A stretch of 64,000 bases of DNA, taken from contig CAYNTH010000002.1 in NCBI GenBank assembly GCA_964400475.1, forward strand, positions 991 through 64,990, read 5' to 3'. Below, piece after piece: positions 10,460 through 19,789 of the stretch. The stretch is from an uncultured archaeon. Its GTDB lineage: Archaea; Aenigmatarchaeota; Aenigmatarchaeia; CG10238-14; SCSR01. A program made the translations under genes and the position numbers. Within the stretch, counting starts at the first letter, position 1. Each line of letters opens with the position of its first letter. The notes beneath the pieces are model-generated. The model did no database searches, was not told where the DNA came from, and saw only the letters and a list, made by a program, of their open reading frames with translations.

Positions 10460-10720
10460 CTAAATTTCTCCGTTATTCCTTTTCAGCCAATTTTCTATTG
10501 CTTTTTTGGAATTAATCGCAATCTTTTCCTTGCTCGGTAGTTCCCTTCTAATAGTTATCGGAATTTTTTTCTGTTTGAACTCGTCCTTAGCGATTTCCAC
10601 CGGATCACTATGTTTGGTGTCTACTAGTTTTGGTGCCCCTAGGGATATTTGTAGCGCCCTAGAACTCACAATCCTCGAAACTTCAAATCTAGTAAATTCA
10701 TTTTTTGGCCAATTCATCAA
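10460..10720 (-). CDS. rpoK: DNA-directed RNA polymerase subunit K (Rpb6 homologue)
   Basis: 86 aa. TRFEVSRIVSSRALQISLGAP matches the conserved RpoK/Rpb6 core. Follows rpoN as in the canonical archaeal cluster. Confidence 0.85.
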   Translation of the reverse strand: MMNWPKNEFTRFEVSRIVSSRALQISLGAPKLVDTKHSDPVEIAKDEFKQKKIPITIRRELPSKEKIAINSKKAIENWLKRNNGEI

Positions 10721-10729
10721 AAATCACAC

Positions 10730-10924
10730 TTAAGGTTTGAATTCGTTTATATCCTTTATAACATCTACTGTACCCAAGAACGATTGTCTGCAGCAATATC
10801 TCGTTAAATCGAGATCGGTCATCACTTCTCCCGCGTCCTCACCTTTCCTGACGCGCGATATGTATTCTTCCCATTTATGTGCAATAACTTTGCCGCATGT
10901 CAAGCATCTTACTGGTACCATCAT
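10730..10924 (-). CDS. rpoN: DNA-directed RNA polymerase subunit N (Rpb10 homologue)
   Basis: 64 aa. MVPVRCLTCGKVIAHKWEEY and YCCRQ zinc-bundle motifs. Confidence 0.9.
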   Translation of the reverse strand: MMVPVRCLTCGKVIAHKWEEYISRVRKGEDAGEVMTDLDLTRYCCRQSFLGTVDVIKDINEFKP

Positions 10925-10980
10925 TTCGATTACCTATATCTATTATGTAGTCTAATTTGTAGTTTAGTTAAATTTAAAGT

Positions 10981-11439
10981 TTATCTCTTAGATCTTTGTT
11001 TATGTCTCCTAGCACCTTTTCTACTTCTGGATGGTTTATGAGGTTCATTTCTTCTAGGATCAAAAACCAGTAAATTCCTATCGTAATCCATGAATTTTTG
11101 TTTCATCTTCTCGTCGCCCGATAATTCTACTATTCCTCTAGATATCGCTATTCTCGCAGCTTCTGTCTGTGCTATTTTTCCACCACCTTTTACATTTATA
11201 TCTATATCAATCTTTTTGGAAAAGTCACCAGCCAATTCCAACGGCTCTTTTATCCACAATCTCAACATTTCACTGCCCCATAGTCTAAGAGGTTTAGAAT
11301 TTATCAGAATTCTTCCGTTTCCGTGTTCAACCTTTGCTCTGGCAACGGCTTCCTTCCTCTTGCCAGTTTCATAAGTATAATCCTTATTCTTCTTTGATTT
11401 GTTCACGTTTTTTCTAGTTTTCTCATTTTTACTTGCCAT
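10981..11439 (-). CDS. rps9: 30S ribosomal protein S9 (uS9)
   Basis: 152 aa. GKRKEAVARA..GNGRILIN core and a basic C-terminus ending ..RRHKQRSKR. In L13-S9 order. Confidence 0.92.
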   Translation of the reverse strand: MASKNEKTRKNVNKSKKNKDYTYETGKRKEAVARAKVEHGNGRILINSKPLRLWGSEMLRLWIKEPLELAGDFSKKIDIDINVKGGGKIAQTEAARIAISRGIVELSGDEKMKQKFMDYDRNLLVFDPRRNEPHKPSRSRKGARRHKQRSKR

Positions 11440-11448
11440 TTATAATCA

Positions 11449-11877
11449 CTACCATCTCTTTTTTGCCCCTAATGCGATAGAAAGTTCACCTAGCGTTATG
11501 AAACTTGTTTTTAATCTACCAGCATCAGCTGCCTTGATTTTTTTGAATGACACCGATTTGTTTTTAAAATCTTCGGGTACACTTACATGGGCTTTCAACC
11601 TTCTAAATGCATCTTTACCTTTAGCCTTCTCCATTGGCAACATGCCCCTAACAGTTCGTTTGAATATGCCTACAGGGGTTCTTGGAAAAAACGGCCCTTT
11701 GAATGGGTCACCCCTATTCATCCTATCCTTGTAGTTATTGACGATCGAATTTTTTCTACCAGATAATACACTCTTTTCCACATTTACAACTTCGATTCGT
11801 TCCTCTCTGATAATTTTTTTGGCTATGACGGATGCCATCCGCCCAAGTATTTGCCCTTCTGCGTCGTATATCTCCAT
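11449..11877 (-). CDS. rpl13: 50S ribosomal protein L13 (uL13)
   Basis: 142 aa. IYDAEGQILGRMASVIAKK start typical of uL13. Operon context L18e-L13-S9. Confidence 0.9.
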   Translation of the reverse strand: MEIYDAEGQILGRMASVIAKKIIREERIEVVNVEKSVLSGRKNSIVNNYKDRMNRGDPFKGPFFPRTPVGIFKRTVRGMLPMEKAKGKDAFRRLKAHVSVPEDFKNKSVSFKKIKAADAGRLKTSFITLGELSIALGAKKRW

Positions 11878-11879
11878 AA

Positions 11880-12233
11880 TTACACCATTATCCTAATATT
11901 AGATCCTTTCGGATTTTCTTTTATCATTTGCTTTATCGACACTGCCTTTCCACCAGCTGCTTCTATTTTCTCTTTAGCATTTTTGCTGAATTTCCATGCA
12001 CATACCTCGACTGGTTTTCCTATATCTCCGTTCGCCAGTACCACGCCTGGGACAACAATCGATTCGTTTTCATTTGCATACTTGCCGATTTTTTTAATGT
12101 TTACTTCGACCCTGTTTCTCCTAGCATTTTCCAACTTTTCTGCAACGTCTTCCCATATGGGAACTTTACTCTTCTTGAGAGTGTTTATGATGTTCCGCAT
12201 GTATACGTTGCTCGGGCCTGTTTTCTTAGTCAT
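11880..12233 (-). CDS. rpl18e: 50S ribosomal protein L18e (eL18)
   Basis: 117 aa. Contains ..[42 protein letters not shown]. Heads the L18e-L13-S9-RpoN-RpoK cluster. Confidence 0.88.
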   Translation of the reverse strand: MTKKTGPSNVYMRNIINTLKKSKVPIWEDVAEKLENARRNRVEVNIKKIGKYANENESIVVPGVVLANGDIGKPVEVCAWKFSKNAKEKIEAAGGKAVSIKQMIKENPKGSNIRIMV

Positions 12234-12296
12234 ATATTCACCTGTTTTTGTAATAAATATTAAGAAATGTAGTGTTTATAGCCTTTTAAATTTAAT

Positions 12297-13418
12297 TCAA
12301 AAACTGTACTCGGGGAACAGTTCCAATATATTCTCTTCAAGAGCATCGCATACGCCCCGTTCGGTTATCAAAGATGTAACATATTTGGACGGTGTTACGT
12401 CGAATCCGTAATTGAGAACTTCTGCATCCTCTGGTGTCAGTAGAATATTCTCTATTGAGTCGCCGTGTAGTCCTTGTATGTATTTCACCTCCTCTGCACC
12501 ACGTTCTTCAATCGTTATATCGAATCCATCACGTACATTCCAATCGAACGAGGATGACGGCAGTGCAACATAAAACGGTATATCATTGTCGTATGCTGCC
12601 AAAGCCTTAAGATAAGTGCCTATTTTGTTGCAAACATCGCCTGTGCGGGTCGTTCTGTCGGTGCCCACAAGTACCATATCGATATTGCCACGTTGCATGA
12701 GATGCCCACCAACATTATCTACCACTATTTTGTATGGGACTCCTTGCTGGCCAAGTTCCCACGCAGTCAATCGCGCACCCTGATTCCTGGGTCTGGTCTC
12801 ATCCACGATTACATTCACATCGATCCCCATTTCGTGTGCCTTGTATATCGGTGATGTGGCTGAACCATAATCGACGAATGCCAACCAACCAGCATTGCAG
12901 TGTGTTAATATATTTACAGGACTGTATTCTTTGTACTCGGCGATTTCTTCTATTAATCTGACGCCATGTTCCCCTATTTTCATGCAATATTCTGCATCTT
13001 CATCAGCGATATCATTGGCAGTTTCCAATGCGTTATATGCCCGTTCTTCGAGACTATCTGCCCGGAATATCTCATCCATTTGTCTATCGACAGCCCATTC
13101 TAGGTTCACCGCAGTTGGTCTCGCGTCTTTCAACAAATTTGCAGACTCGTATAAAAACTTCTCGAAATCATAATTATTCTCGATTGCTTCTTTTGTTGCC
13201 AGATGCATCCCATATCCAGCTGTAGCGCCTATCAGCCCTGCACCACGTACATGCATCTCTTTGATGGCATTTGCCGCATCTTCCACACTTTTCAAGTCCT
13301 CTATCACGAATTTGTGCGGTAGATACCTCTGGTCTATTATCTTTATCATATTTCCTTCATGATCACCGTCACGATCATCCGGCCATATAGTTCTGTAGTG
13401 TTCACCATCTACTATCAT
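12297..13418 (-). CDS. mtnA: eIF-2B alpha/beta/delta-like isomerase, methylthioribose-1-phosphate isomerase (MtnA) type
   Basis: 373 aa. N-terminal IIDQRYLPH motif, MHVRGAGLIGATAGYG, THCNAG, and VGTDRTTRTGDVCNKIGTY blocks. Confidence 0.8.
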   Translation of the reverse strand: MIVDGEHYRTIWPDDRDGDHEGNMIKIIDQRYLPHKFVIEDLKSVEDAANAIKEMHVRGAGLIGATAGYGMHLATKEAIENNYDFEKFLYESANLLKDARPTAVNLEWAVDRQMDEIFRADSLEERAYNALETANDIADEDAEYCMKIGEHGVRLIEEIAEYKEYSPVNILTHCNAGWLAFVDYGSATSPIYKAHEMGIDVNVIVDETRPRNQGARLTAWELGQQGVPYKIVVDNVGGHLMQRGNIDMVLVGTDRTTRTGDVCNKIGTYLKALAAYDNDIPFYVALPSSSFDWNVRDGFDITIEERGAEEVKYIQGLHGDSIENILLTPEDAEVLNYGFDVTPSKYVTSLITERGVCDALEENILELFPEYSF

Positions 13419-13466
13419 TCAACCACTAAAAAGAACACGCGTCTAAAACTTTTAAATACGTTGCAA

Positions 13467-13541
13467 TGCGGCCGGCGGGATTTGAACCCGCGTGACGAGC
13501 TTGGGAAGCTCGAATCTTAGACCAGGCTGGATCACAGCCGC
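13467..13541 (-). tRNA. tRNA-Gly (anticodon CCC)
   Basis: Reverse complement folds as a cloverleaf. Acceptor GCGGCUG/CGGCCGC, anticodon stem CGAGC/GCUCG with loop UUCCCAA, T-arm GCGGG-UUCAAAU-CCCGC, discriminator A. No encoded CCA. Confidence 0.9.
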
Positions 13542-13611
13542 TTTGATCATCTAAATATATTTTAAAAATATAAAAAAAGAAAGAAAAGATTTCCTATTTT
13601 ACCTCTAGATT

Positions 13612-14304
13612 TCACTTGAATTTCTTGGCTTTTTTCTTAGCTATGTCACTGACAACGTCCTTAAGTCCTAGTCCCACAGCTATAGCTATTCCTGCACCGA
13701 GCGCACCAACTATTATGAGTAGTATGCTGTTGACCAACATTGCGTTAATGCCTACTAGAGGCAGAGCAAGTGCGACGGCTATGTACTGTACTAACCAGAA
13801 TACAGCTTTACCCATTATATTTGAGTAAACAGCTTTTCCCTTTTCTATTTGGTCTTTTAGATATTCGGCGAATATGTAGCCCAATATTACTATTATCACT
13901 GCTTGTACTAATCCAGGGATGAAGCTTATTATCATTCTTACGAATTCTTCCAAGGCAACAACGCCGAGCGTCTCTACGGATGCTTGTATGAACACCAGAT
14001 ATACCGTCCACTCGAATATGAGTGGAAATATGTCGCTAAGTTTGAACATCGGTGTTTTCTTGCCTATGTAATGATCAATCTTGAATTTGATCATTATTTC
14101 CTTGGTAATCCTCGAAATTACTGCGCCTATTATCCAACCTATTATTAACAACAATGCCGCTGCGATTAGGTTCGGTACGAATAGTATCACTGAACTTAGG
14201 AAAGATTCTAGAGGTTGTGTCAATGGTTGAATTAACTCATTCATATGAATCTTACCTGATATAGAATTTGGTTCTCTCCCTTTAAATGTAATCCTTCCCG
14301 TCAT
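13612..14304 (-). CDS. Multi-pass membrane protein (conserved TM-helix repeat type)
   Basis: 230-aa ORF with 4-5 hydrophobic spans and a KKKAKKFK tail. The real start may be the internal MNELIQ. No enzyme motifs. Confidence 0.55.
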   Translation of the reverse strand: MTGRITFKGREPNSISGKIHMNELIQPLTQPLESFLSSVILFVPNLIAAALLLIIGWIIGAVISRITKEIMIKFKIDHYIGKKTPMFKLSDIFPLIFEWTVYLVFIQASVETLGVVALEEFVRMIISFIPGLVQAVIIVILGYIFAEYLKDQIEKGKAVYSNIMGKAVFWLVQYIAVALALPLVGINAMLVNSILLIIVGALGAGIAIAVGLGLKDVVSDIAKKKAKKFK

Positions 14305-14310
14305 TCTGGG

Positions 14311-14916
14311 TCAGACGTATAATTTATCACGAAGGTATTCTAATGCATCTTGTGTCGAATATTTATCGCTTAAACTGTATTTTGTCGTACTTCCTATATT
14401 TTCTAGAATTGTATCGGATTCTAAATCCCTTACAGTTAGGATATCTTTCCGTATGTCATATTCTGTGCCATCTTTTATTATTTTCCCTATATGGACGACC
14501 GCCTTATTTTCGAATGTCAGTTGGTCTATCTGTATATCCAACATGCCTTTCAGACTGTTCTTCTCCAGATACATTTCCAGATTCGCTACAGCACTATATT
14601 CCCGTTCAGATTTCATTGGAGACCTTGACAACGGTAAATATGGTCTCGCGTCAATTTCCCTCTCTATCCTGTATTTTCCTTCGTTGAAAATTGCATCAAA
14701 AACGGTCACGATATCTATTTTCTTTTCCCTCTCGGATATATGATTTCCATGAGTCTTCAGCCTATTTTTGAGGAATCCACTATATAACTTACCCTTGTCT
14801 CTGGGGAACAATCTGTTTGAAATGCCCAATATTTTATCCCCATTCTTGATAATGGCTTCCTGTTTTTTGTTGTAATCGGTTTCCGATACAGTATCATTGT
14901 CGATAATATTGTTCAT
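14311..14916 (-). CDS. Hypothetical protein
   Basis: 201-aa ORF packed 6 nt from the downstream gene. No recognisable motifs. Confidence 0.45.
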   Translation of the reverse strand: MNNIIDNDTVSETDYNKKQEAIIKNGDKILGISNRLFPRDKGKLYSGFLKNRLKTHGNHISEREKKIDIVTVFDAIFNEGKYRIEREIDARPYLPLSRSPMKSEREYSAVANLEMYLEKNSLKGMLDIQIDQLTFENKAVVHIGKIIKDGTEYDIRKDILTVRDLESDTILENIGSTTKYSLSDKYSTQDALEYLRDKLYV

Positions 14917-14967
14917 GCGAATACCATAATATTTAACGATAATAACAAATTTAAACAGATATCAGAA

Positions 14968-15050
14968 GCGCCGGGAGTGGGATTTGAACCCACATGTCCG
15001 AAGGACACCGGTTCTCAAGACCGGCGCACTACCTGGTTATGCGACCCCGG
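14968..15050 (-). tRNA. tRNA-Ser (anticodon UGA), class II with long variable arm
   Basis: Reverse complement: acceptor GCCGGGG/UCCCGGC, anticodon stem CCGGU/ACCGG with loop CUUGAGA, variable arm UGUCCUUCGGACAU, T-arm GUGGG-UUCAAAU-CCCAC, discriminator G. Confidence 0.9.
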
Positions 15051-15138
15051 CACAACTTCTATATTAATCAGATTAAAGAAATCTCTAAATAAATTTAAAG
15101 GTTAGACTTCCTTCAGAGAAGTAATCCGCTAATTAGCT

Positions 15139-15429
15139 TTATTTCTCTTCGATTTCCATCTTACCTGATCTGGGAATGTTCAACTGTAAGACATTCTTGA
15201 ATTCTGTGACATAAGCTCCTGTTATGGAGATATTGTCACCGACTTTTACATCGTTGATTTGATCTTCCCAAAGAGTTAATTTTATTTCACCGCTGTCATC
15301 TTCTATAACAGCACTTGCTACTTTCTTCTTACCATATCTCGTATTAACTTCCCTTTGATCAGAAACATCAAGAACTTCTCCTTTTACGGAAACGTTACTC
15401 ATTCCTTTTTGTATTTCGGATATTTTCAT
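15139..15429 (-). CDS. Single OB-fold nucleic-acid-binding protein (SSB/RPA-like)
   Basis: 96 aa. Pattern VSVKGEVLDVSDQREV...ASAVIEDDSGEIKLTLWEDQ...GDNISITGAYVTEF is typical of short archaeal OB-fold SSBs. Confidence 0.7.
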   Translation of the reverse strand: MKISEIQKGMSNVSVKGEVLDVSDQREVNTRYGKKKVASAVIEDDSGEIKLTLWEDQINDVKVGDNISITGAYVTEFKNVLQLNIPRSGKMEIEEK

Positions 15430-15496
15430 TAAATCAACTACTTTTCTTCAAATTTAACTTTTATCTATTAAATTTCTTTTCTTTTTCATTTATTAT

Positions 15497-16459
15497 TTAT
15501 TCAGTGGGGTAAGTTCCCCTTTCCATAAAGACCCTATCGGTTCTCACAGCCGTTCCCCTCTTGGATTGCATCATCTCTTTGCTGGTCATCTTAGCAATGC
15601 CCAGTGCGACCAATTCTCCCTTATCTGTATATATCAACACCTTTTCTCCTCTTATTATATCTGGTTGGATGCGGGTTATTCCTGCTACATATAGTGGGGC
15701 ACCATTGCATATGGGACCAACCGCGGAATCCTTAATGAACACTCTTTTTACATGTAGGAGTGCGTGTTCGATGGGTATCAATATGTCTTTAATTTCGTCT
15801 GCATCTATACCGTCCTTCCAAAATTGATATGAGTCCTTTATATCCATTAGTGTATGAGATTCGTCCTCATTGAACGGCCCTACTCTGATTCTCCTAAGTT
15901 CTATCATATGTGCTCCCGTTCCCATCGATTCTCCGATATCGTGACATAACTTTCTGATATATGTGCCTGCTTCGCATCCAACGTGGAATAATATATTCCT
16001 GTCATCGATTTCCAAGATATCCAAGAAATGTATTTTTCTTGTACGTTTTCTCCTCGCAACAGCGGATTTCACCGGAGGCGTCTGCTCAATTTCACCCAGG
16101 AATTCATTTTTTATAACAGTCCTCAACATATTTTCATCGAAATCCCTATGAACATGCATTATCCCGATATATTCTTTGTCCAGTCCCATTAACACTGGCA
16201 TGGATTTGGTTGCATCATTTACAGCTATTGGCAATACACCTGAAACAGCCGGATCTAGCGTTCCAGCATGCCCGGCATTATCTGCACCCAGTATTTTTTT
16301 GACCCATGCAGTTATCTGGTGGGATGTTGGTCCATTGTGTTTGTCTACAATTACCAAACATGATTGCAATATACTCTCGATATCCCTGTTTTCCGGTGAT
16401 TCGCCGTATTCTTCGTTGGATTCCTGCTCTGATCTTATCAACCATTTAACCATTTTCAC
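15497..16459 (-). CDS. cbf5: H/ACA RNP pseudouridine synthase Cbf5 (TruB family)
   Basis: 320 aa. TruB catalytic block HAGTLDPAVSGVLPIAV and a C-terminal PUA domain (GEKVLIYTDKGELVALGIA). Confidence 0.92.
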   Translation of the reverse strand: MKMVKWLIRSEQESNEEYGESPENRDIESILQSCLVIVDKHNGPTSHQITAWVKKILGADNAGHAGTLDPAVSGVLPIAVNDATKSMPVLMGLDKEYIGIMHVHRDFDENMLRTVIKNEFLGEIEQTPPVKSAVARRKRTRKIHFLDILEIDDRNILFHVGCEAGTYIRKLCHDIGESMGTGAHMIELRRIRVGPFNEDESHTLMDIKDSYQFWKDGIDADEIKDILIPIEHALLHVKRVFIKDSAVGPICNGAPLYVAGITRIQPDIIRGEKVLIYTDKGELVALGIAKMTSKEMMQSKRGTAVRTDRVFMERGTYPTE

Positions 16460-16658
16460 ACCATGTCCGGACTTACATAAAATAAATCGTTTGTCAATGT
16501 TTTAATTGTTATTTGTCCGTTTTTCTTTAAAACGAACCAGCGATTACCGTGAAATTGTGACAAAATTTATAAAGTTTGTGTACTGTAGGCATATATTTTC
16601 AACAATACGACCTTATTAAAATAAAAGCTTTAGGTGTCTTTAATTATCATAGATAAAC

Positions 16659-17681
16659 ATGGTTTCGAAGGAAAAAATATTGATAACTACGGCACTGTCT
16701 CTTGCATTACTCAGTTTGGTGTTTTTAGATTCAGCCGACTCCAGAATGGCATATTACAGCTTTAATATGGATGTCCCAGATCATGTTAGAACAATCCCTG
16801 GGGAAGACGTTATCGTAAATGGCAGTATATTGGTGACTGGGCATTATTGGTTACATAATTTTGAATTGACCGTTGATGGACTGGAATACGATTATGAATT
16901 GAACCCCACTGAATGGAGACACGTTAAGATATTGAGGGAATGGAATTCTGAACAGGGTGTGCATAGAATTCCAGAGGACTTCGAGATTTCAATAGATATA
17001 CCCGAAAATGCATCTGGAGTTCATCTGGTGACAATAACTGGCCAAGAACATCATTCATGGAGAGAGGTTTCTAACGAGACATCGTTCTTGTTGATTATAG
17101 GTGGCGAGGAGGACGAACATCAGATTGATATGACTGATATAGAGGTTCCTGAAAAGATCAAGGAATCTGAATTGTTCAACATAAACTTCAAACTGGAAAA
17201 CAAGGTGGACAGAGCACGCAAAGTCGAGGTTTCGTTGAATATACCAGATACTTGGAAAGCCGACGATCTCTCGAAGATGTATACAGTTGAAGGTAAATCA
17301 AACGAGTCAGGTTCATTCAATATAATCCCTAGCAACGAATCAGGTGAGCTCTCACTGAACATAAAATATCCGTTCAAGGATAATGTTGTGAATTTCACAA
17401 AGGAAGGACCATATCTTGTGCCGGTAGATGTTGATGATAATGACGGATATTCGGGCATTATAGGTAATTTCATATACAGAATCCGAGATGTGATATCTAT
17501 TCCAGATTTAGGTGAAATTGGGGGGTCATATGGTGACTACAGAAGACCTGCGATATTCAGTATAGGTACCCTATTATCTCTGATAATAATATGGCTCGCT
17601 GTGAGTATAATTAGGGACGTAAGATCCATGCTCAATAATACATCCGAGGATATAGAAGGAGTGACATTAAGGGAAGTCTGA
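16659..17681 (+). CDS. Secreted, C-terminally membrane-anchored surface protein
   Basis: 340 aa. N-terminal signal-like hydrophobic segment ILITTALSLALLSLVFL and a C-terminal TM span IFSIGTLLSLIIIWLAVSII. At least seven N-x-S/T sequons. Confidence 0.6.
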   Translation: MVSKEKILITTALSLALLSLVFLDSADSRMAYYSFNMDVPDHVRTIPGEDVIVNGSILVTGHYWLHNFELTVDGLEYDYELNPTEWRHVKILREWNSEQGVHRIPEDFEISIDIPENASGVHLVTITGQEHHSWREVSNETSFLLIIGGEEDEHQIDMTDIEVPEKIKESELFNINFKLENKVDRARKVEVSLNIPDTWKADDLSKMYTVEGKSNESGSFNIIPSNESGELSLNIKYPFKDNVVNFTKEGPYLVPVDVDDNDGYSGIIGNFIYRIRDVISIPDLGEIGGSYGDYRRPAIFSIGTLLSLIIIWLAVSIIRDVRSMLNNTSEDIEGVTLREV

Positions 17682-17718
17682 TAAACACTCTTATAGCTAT
17701 ACGAGAAGAATTATTCTT

Positions 17719-18051
17719 ATGTCGCGTTCTAGAATAAAACATACTGCTAGGAAGAAATACGCAGTCAAAAAAAGATGGAAGAAGAAATCAAGTAAAAAGA
17801 AAAAACGCAGGAGAAAAAAACGCCTTTGCGAGAAATGTAAACGCAGATTTGATAGGGATATATTGGTAATACACCATAAGGAGAACCTGATGAGATCTAT
17901 ACCGAAGAAGGACACAGAAGGTATGGCGTTAAAGAAGTTCAATAAGTATTACAGCGACGGTAGAAAGAGGCCATTACACGACAGGCGCAGGAATGTAATG
18001 GTGGTCTGTAAGGACTGTTACGACGATATAATGGAACAAAAAGAGATTTAA
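17719..18051 (+). CDS. Small polybasic HNH-like zinc-finger nuclease-fold protein
   Basis: 110 aa. Arg/Lys-rich N-terminus (KKKSSKKKKRRRKKR), then CEKC..LVIHHKEN..N..VVCKDCY, i.e. a CxxC-HH-N-CxxC arrangement like HNH. The terminal His is replaced by Tyr. Confidence 0.5.
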   Translation: MSRSRIKHTARKKYAVKKRWKKKSSKKKKRRRKKRLCEKCKRRFDRDILVIHHKENLMRSIPKKDTEGMALKKFNKYYSDGRKRPLHDRRRNVMVVCKDCYDDIMEQKEI

Positions 18052-18057
18052 GTCTCG

Positions 18058-18408
18058 ATGATATTGAAAAATTGTGTAATTATGATTAAACCCGATTCGA
18101 CCTTCAAATATAGAATAATCCCGATATCCTATAATGAGTTCTTGGAGAAGATTCTATTGGTGTTGGAAGAAGAAGAGAACGCGTTGGAATTTTATAAAAA
18201 ACATAAGAGTGAGGAGGATTACGAATCGAGGAGAGGAGATACAATGTGTGTATTGGATAATTTGGAGGATGTATTTAATATGGGTCTGGAGGAAAATTCC
18301 GTCCATGCTCTGGGGAATTTCGGTAATCCTGTTGTGTACAATGTAAGCTCTTTTATGAAAAAACAGATAGATGAACTCCAAAAATCAAGATCTTCTATAT
18401 ATGTATAG
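18058..18408 (+). CDS. Hypothetical acidic protein
   Basis: 116-aa ORF 6 nt after the HNH-like gene. Glu/Asp-rich (LEEEENALEF, SEEDYES). No recognised family. Confidence 0.4.
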   Translation: MILKNCVIMIKPDSTFKYRIIPISYNEFLEKILLVLEEEENALEFYKKHKSEEDYESRRGDTMCVLDNLEDVFNMGLEENSVHALGNFGNPVVYNVSSFMKKQIDELQKSRSSIYV

Positions 18409-18488
18409 CTTTTATTCTCATTTTCAGTCTCAAACACAACATTTAAGAATGTGATAAATTGAATAAGATATGCTCGTAAGGCGATTTT

Positions 18489-19415
18489 ATGGACGATATG
18501 CAAAGAGAAGTTGATAAAATACACGAAGAAAGCATGTATTCTGAAGAAGATTGTTGTAGTATTTGTGGTGGTGATTTATTCCATGATAACGATTCTGGAG
18601 AACTGGTTTGCACTTCTTGTGGTTATGTTGTAGAAGATATTTATATTGACAGGGGTCCTGATTGGAGGGCTTTCAACGAAAAGGAGCGCGAAGAGAGAAC
18701 ACGGGTAGGATTGCCAAATTCACCATTATACTTGAACACGGGCACAGTTATTTCCCGTTCTAGGAAAGTAAAAAACGGCGAAGCCGAAAGTCAATTGAGG
18801 AGGATGAGGAAATGGAATAGGCGTTCTATGGGTGATTCAAAGAAGAGGAATTTATCCAAAGCACTTCCGGAATTGGCACGCATTGCTGATAAATTGAGCA
18901 TACCCAATAGGGAATCCGCCGCCATGATATATCGGAATGCAGTGGATAAGGGAATTACCAGAGGTAGAGAGATAGACCAGTTAGTGACCGCTTGTCTTTA
19001 TATTCAATGCAGACTCGACGACACGCCAAGGATGATTGACGAATTTGTTGAAGCGACGCGGTATTCCAAAAAAGAAATAGCTGGTGCATATAGGGCATTA
19101 GTCAATGAATTGGATATTGATATGAGCGCTCCTAAACTGCTTGCGTATATCCCTAAGGTCGGTGATGGTGTTGGAATCAGTCTTAGAACACAACATTTGG
19201 CAATGGATATTTTGGAAACAGCTAAAAAATATAAGCTCACTGGGGGTAGGATGCCGTCTGGACTTGCCGCATCGACATTGTATATAGCATCTAAACTTTC
19301 GGGAGAAAATACTATTCAAGATGATTTAGCCGAAGCGGCTGATGTGACAACCGTTACAATAAGAAATCGCTATAAGGAACTTCTCAAATCATTTGATTTC
19401 GAGATTTATGTATGA
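18489..19415 (+). CDS. tfb: Transcription initiation factor IIB (TFB)
   Basis: 308 aa. N-terminal Zn-ribbon CSICGG..(13)..CTSCG, B-reader/linker, and two cyclin-fold repeats. The true start may be an internal Met. Confidence 0.92.
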   Translation: MDDMQREVDKIHEESMYSEEDCCSICGGDLFHDNDSGELVCTSCGYVVEDIYIDRGPDWRAFNEKEREERTRVGLPNSPLYLNTGTVISRSRKVKNGEAESQLRRMRKWNRRSMGDSKKRNLSKALPELARIADKLSIPNRESAAMIYRNAVDKGITRGREIDQLVTACLYIQCRLDDTPRMIDEFVEATRYSKKEIAGAYRALVNELDIDMSAPKLLAYIPKVGDGVGISLRTQHLAMDILETAKKYKLTGGRMPSGLAASTLYIASKLSGENTIQDDLAEAADVTTVTIRNRYKELLKSFDFEIYV

Positions 19416-19523
19416 TGATTTCGTTATTTGCTTGAATTCTGATGATTGGAAACATTCATAAGTCGGTTTTTAGAAAGATAATTTATGGCTAAAAGAAAAA
19501 AGAAGGCTGAATACGACGTTAGC

Positions 19524-19658
19524 ATGAAGAAGATGTTCACAGGAGCGTTGACCGTAATATTCGGTGCGATAAAATATCTCGGATATTCCTGGGAGATGGC
19601 GATAATCGTAGTAGGCGTTCTGATATTCCTAAAAGGATTGTTGATGAAATCAAAGTAA
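19524..19658 (+). CDS. Candidate small membrane protein (44 aa)
   Basis: Below the track cutoff. MKKMFTGALTVIFGAIKYLGYSWEMAIIVVGVLIFLKGLLMKSK has two hydrophobic spans. No homology evidence. Confidence 0.25.
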   Translation: MKKMFTGALTVIFGAIKYLGYSWEMAIIVVGVLIFLKGLLMKSK

Positions 19659-19789
19659 TTTGGTATTGAGACGATATTGGCAATTTGTCTATTGTTATTT
19701 ATCTACATTTGATGATACTGCGGAAGCGAGGTCAATACAATTTATTAATCTATTGCTAAGAAGATATTACTACCATTTAGATTAAACGA

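Noticed and set aside
17697-17942. 81-aa - strand ORF antisense to the polybasic HNH-like gene
   Set aside because: The Phe/Leu-rich product is simply the complement of AAG/AAA runs. The + strand frame carries an ordered CxxC-HH-N-CxxC motif and continues well beyond the repeat.
19412-19446. C/D-box sRNA-like elements: AUGAUGA at the tfb stop and CUGAUGA 20 nt later
   Set aside because: No downstream CUGA D box at the required roughly 10-12 nt guide spacing, and no terminal stem. The first box is part of the tfb stop region. Probably chance.
19486-19658. Possible frameshifted gene: the ATG at 19486 opens MAKRKRR.. and stops after 13 codons. The downstream 44-aa membrane ORF would join it if the A-run at 19491-19503 had one more A.
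   Set aside because: I cannot distinguish a homopolymer sequencing error, programmed slippage and coincidence from one sequence. Only the 19524-19658 ORF is reported, at low confidence.
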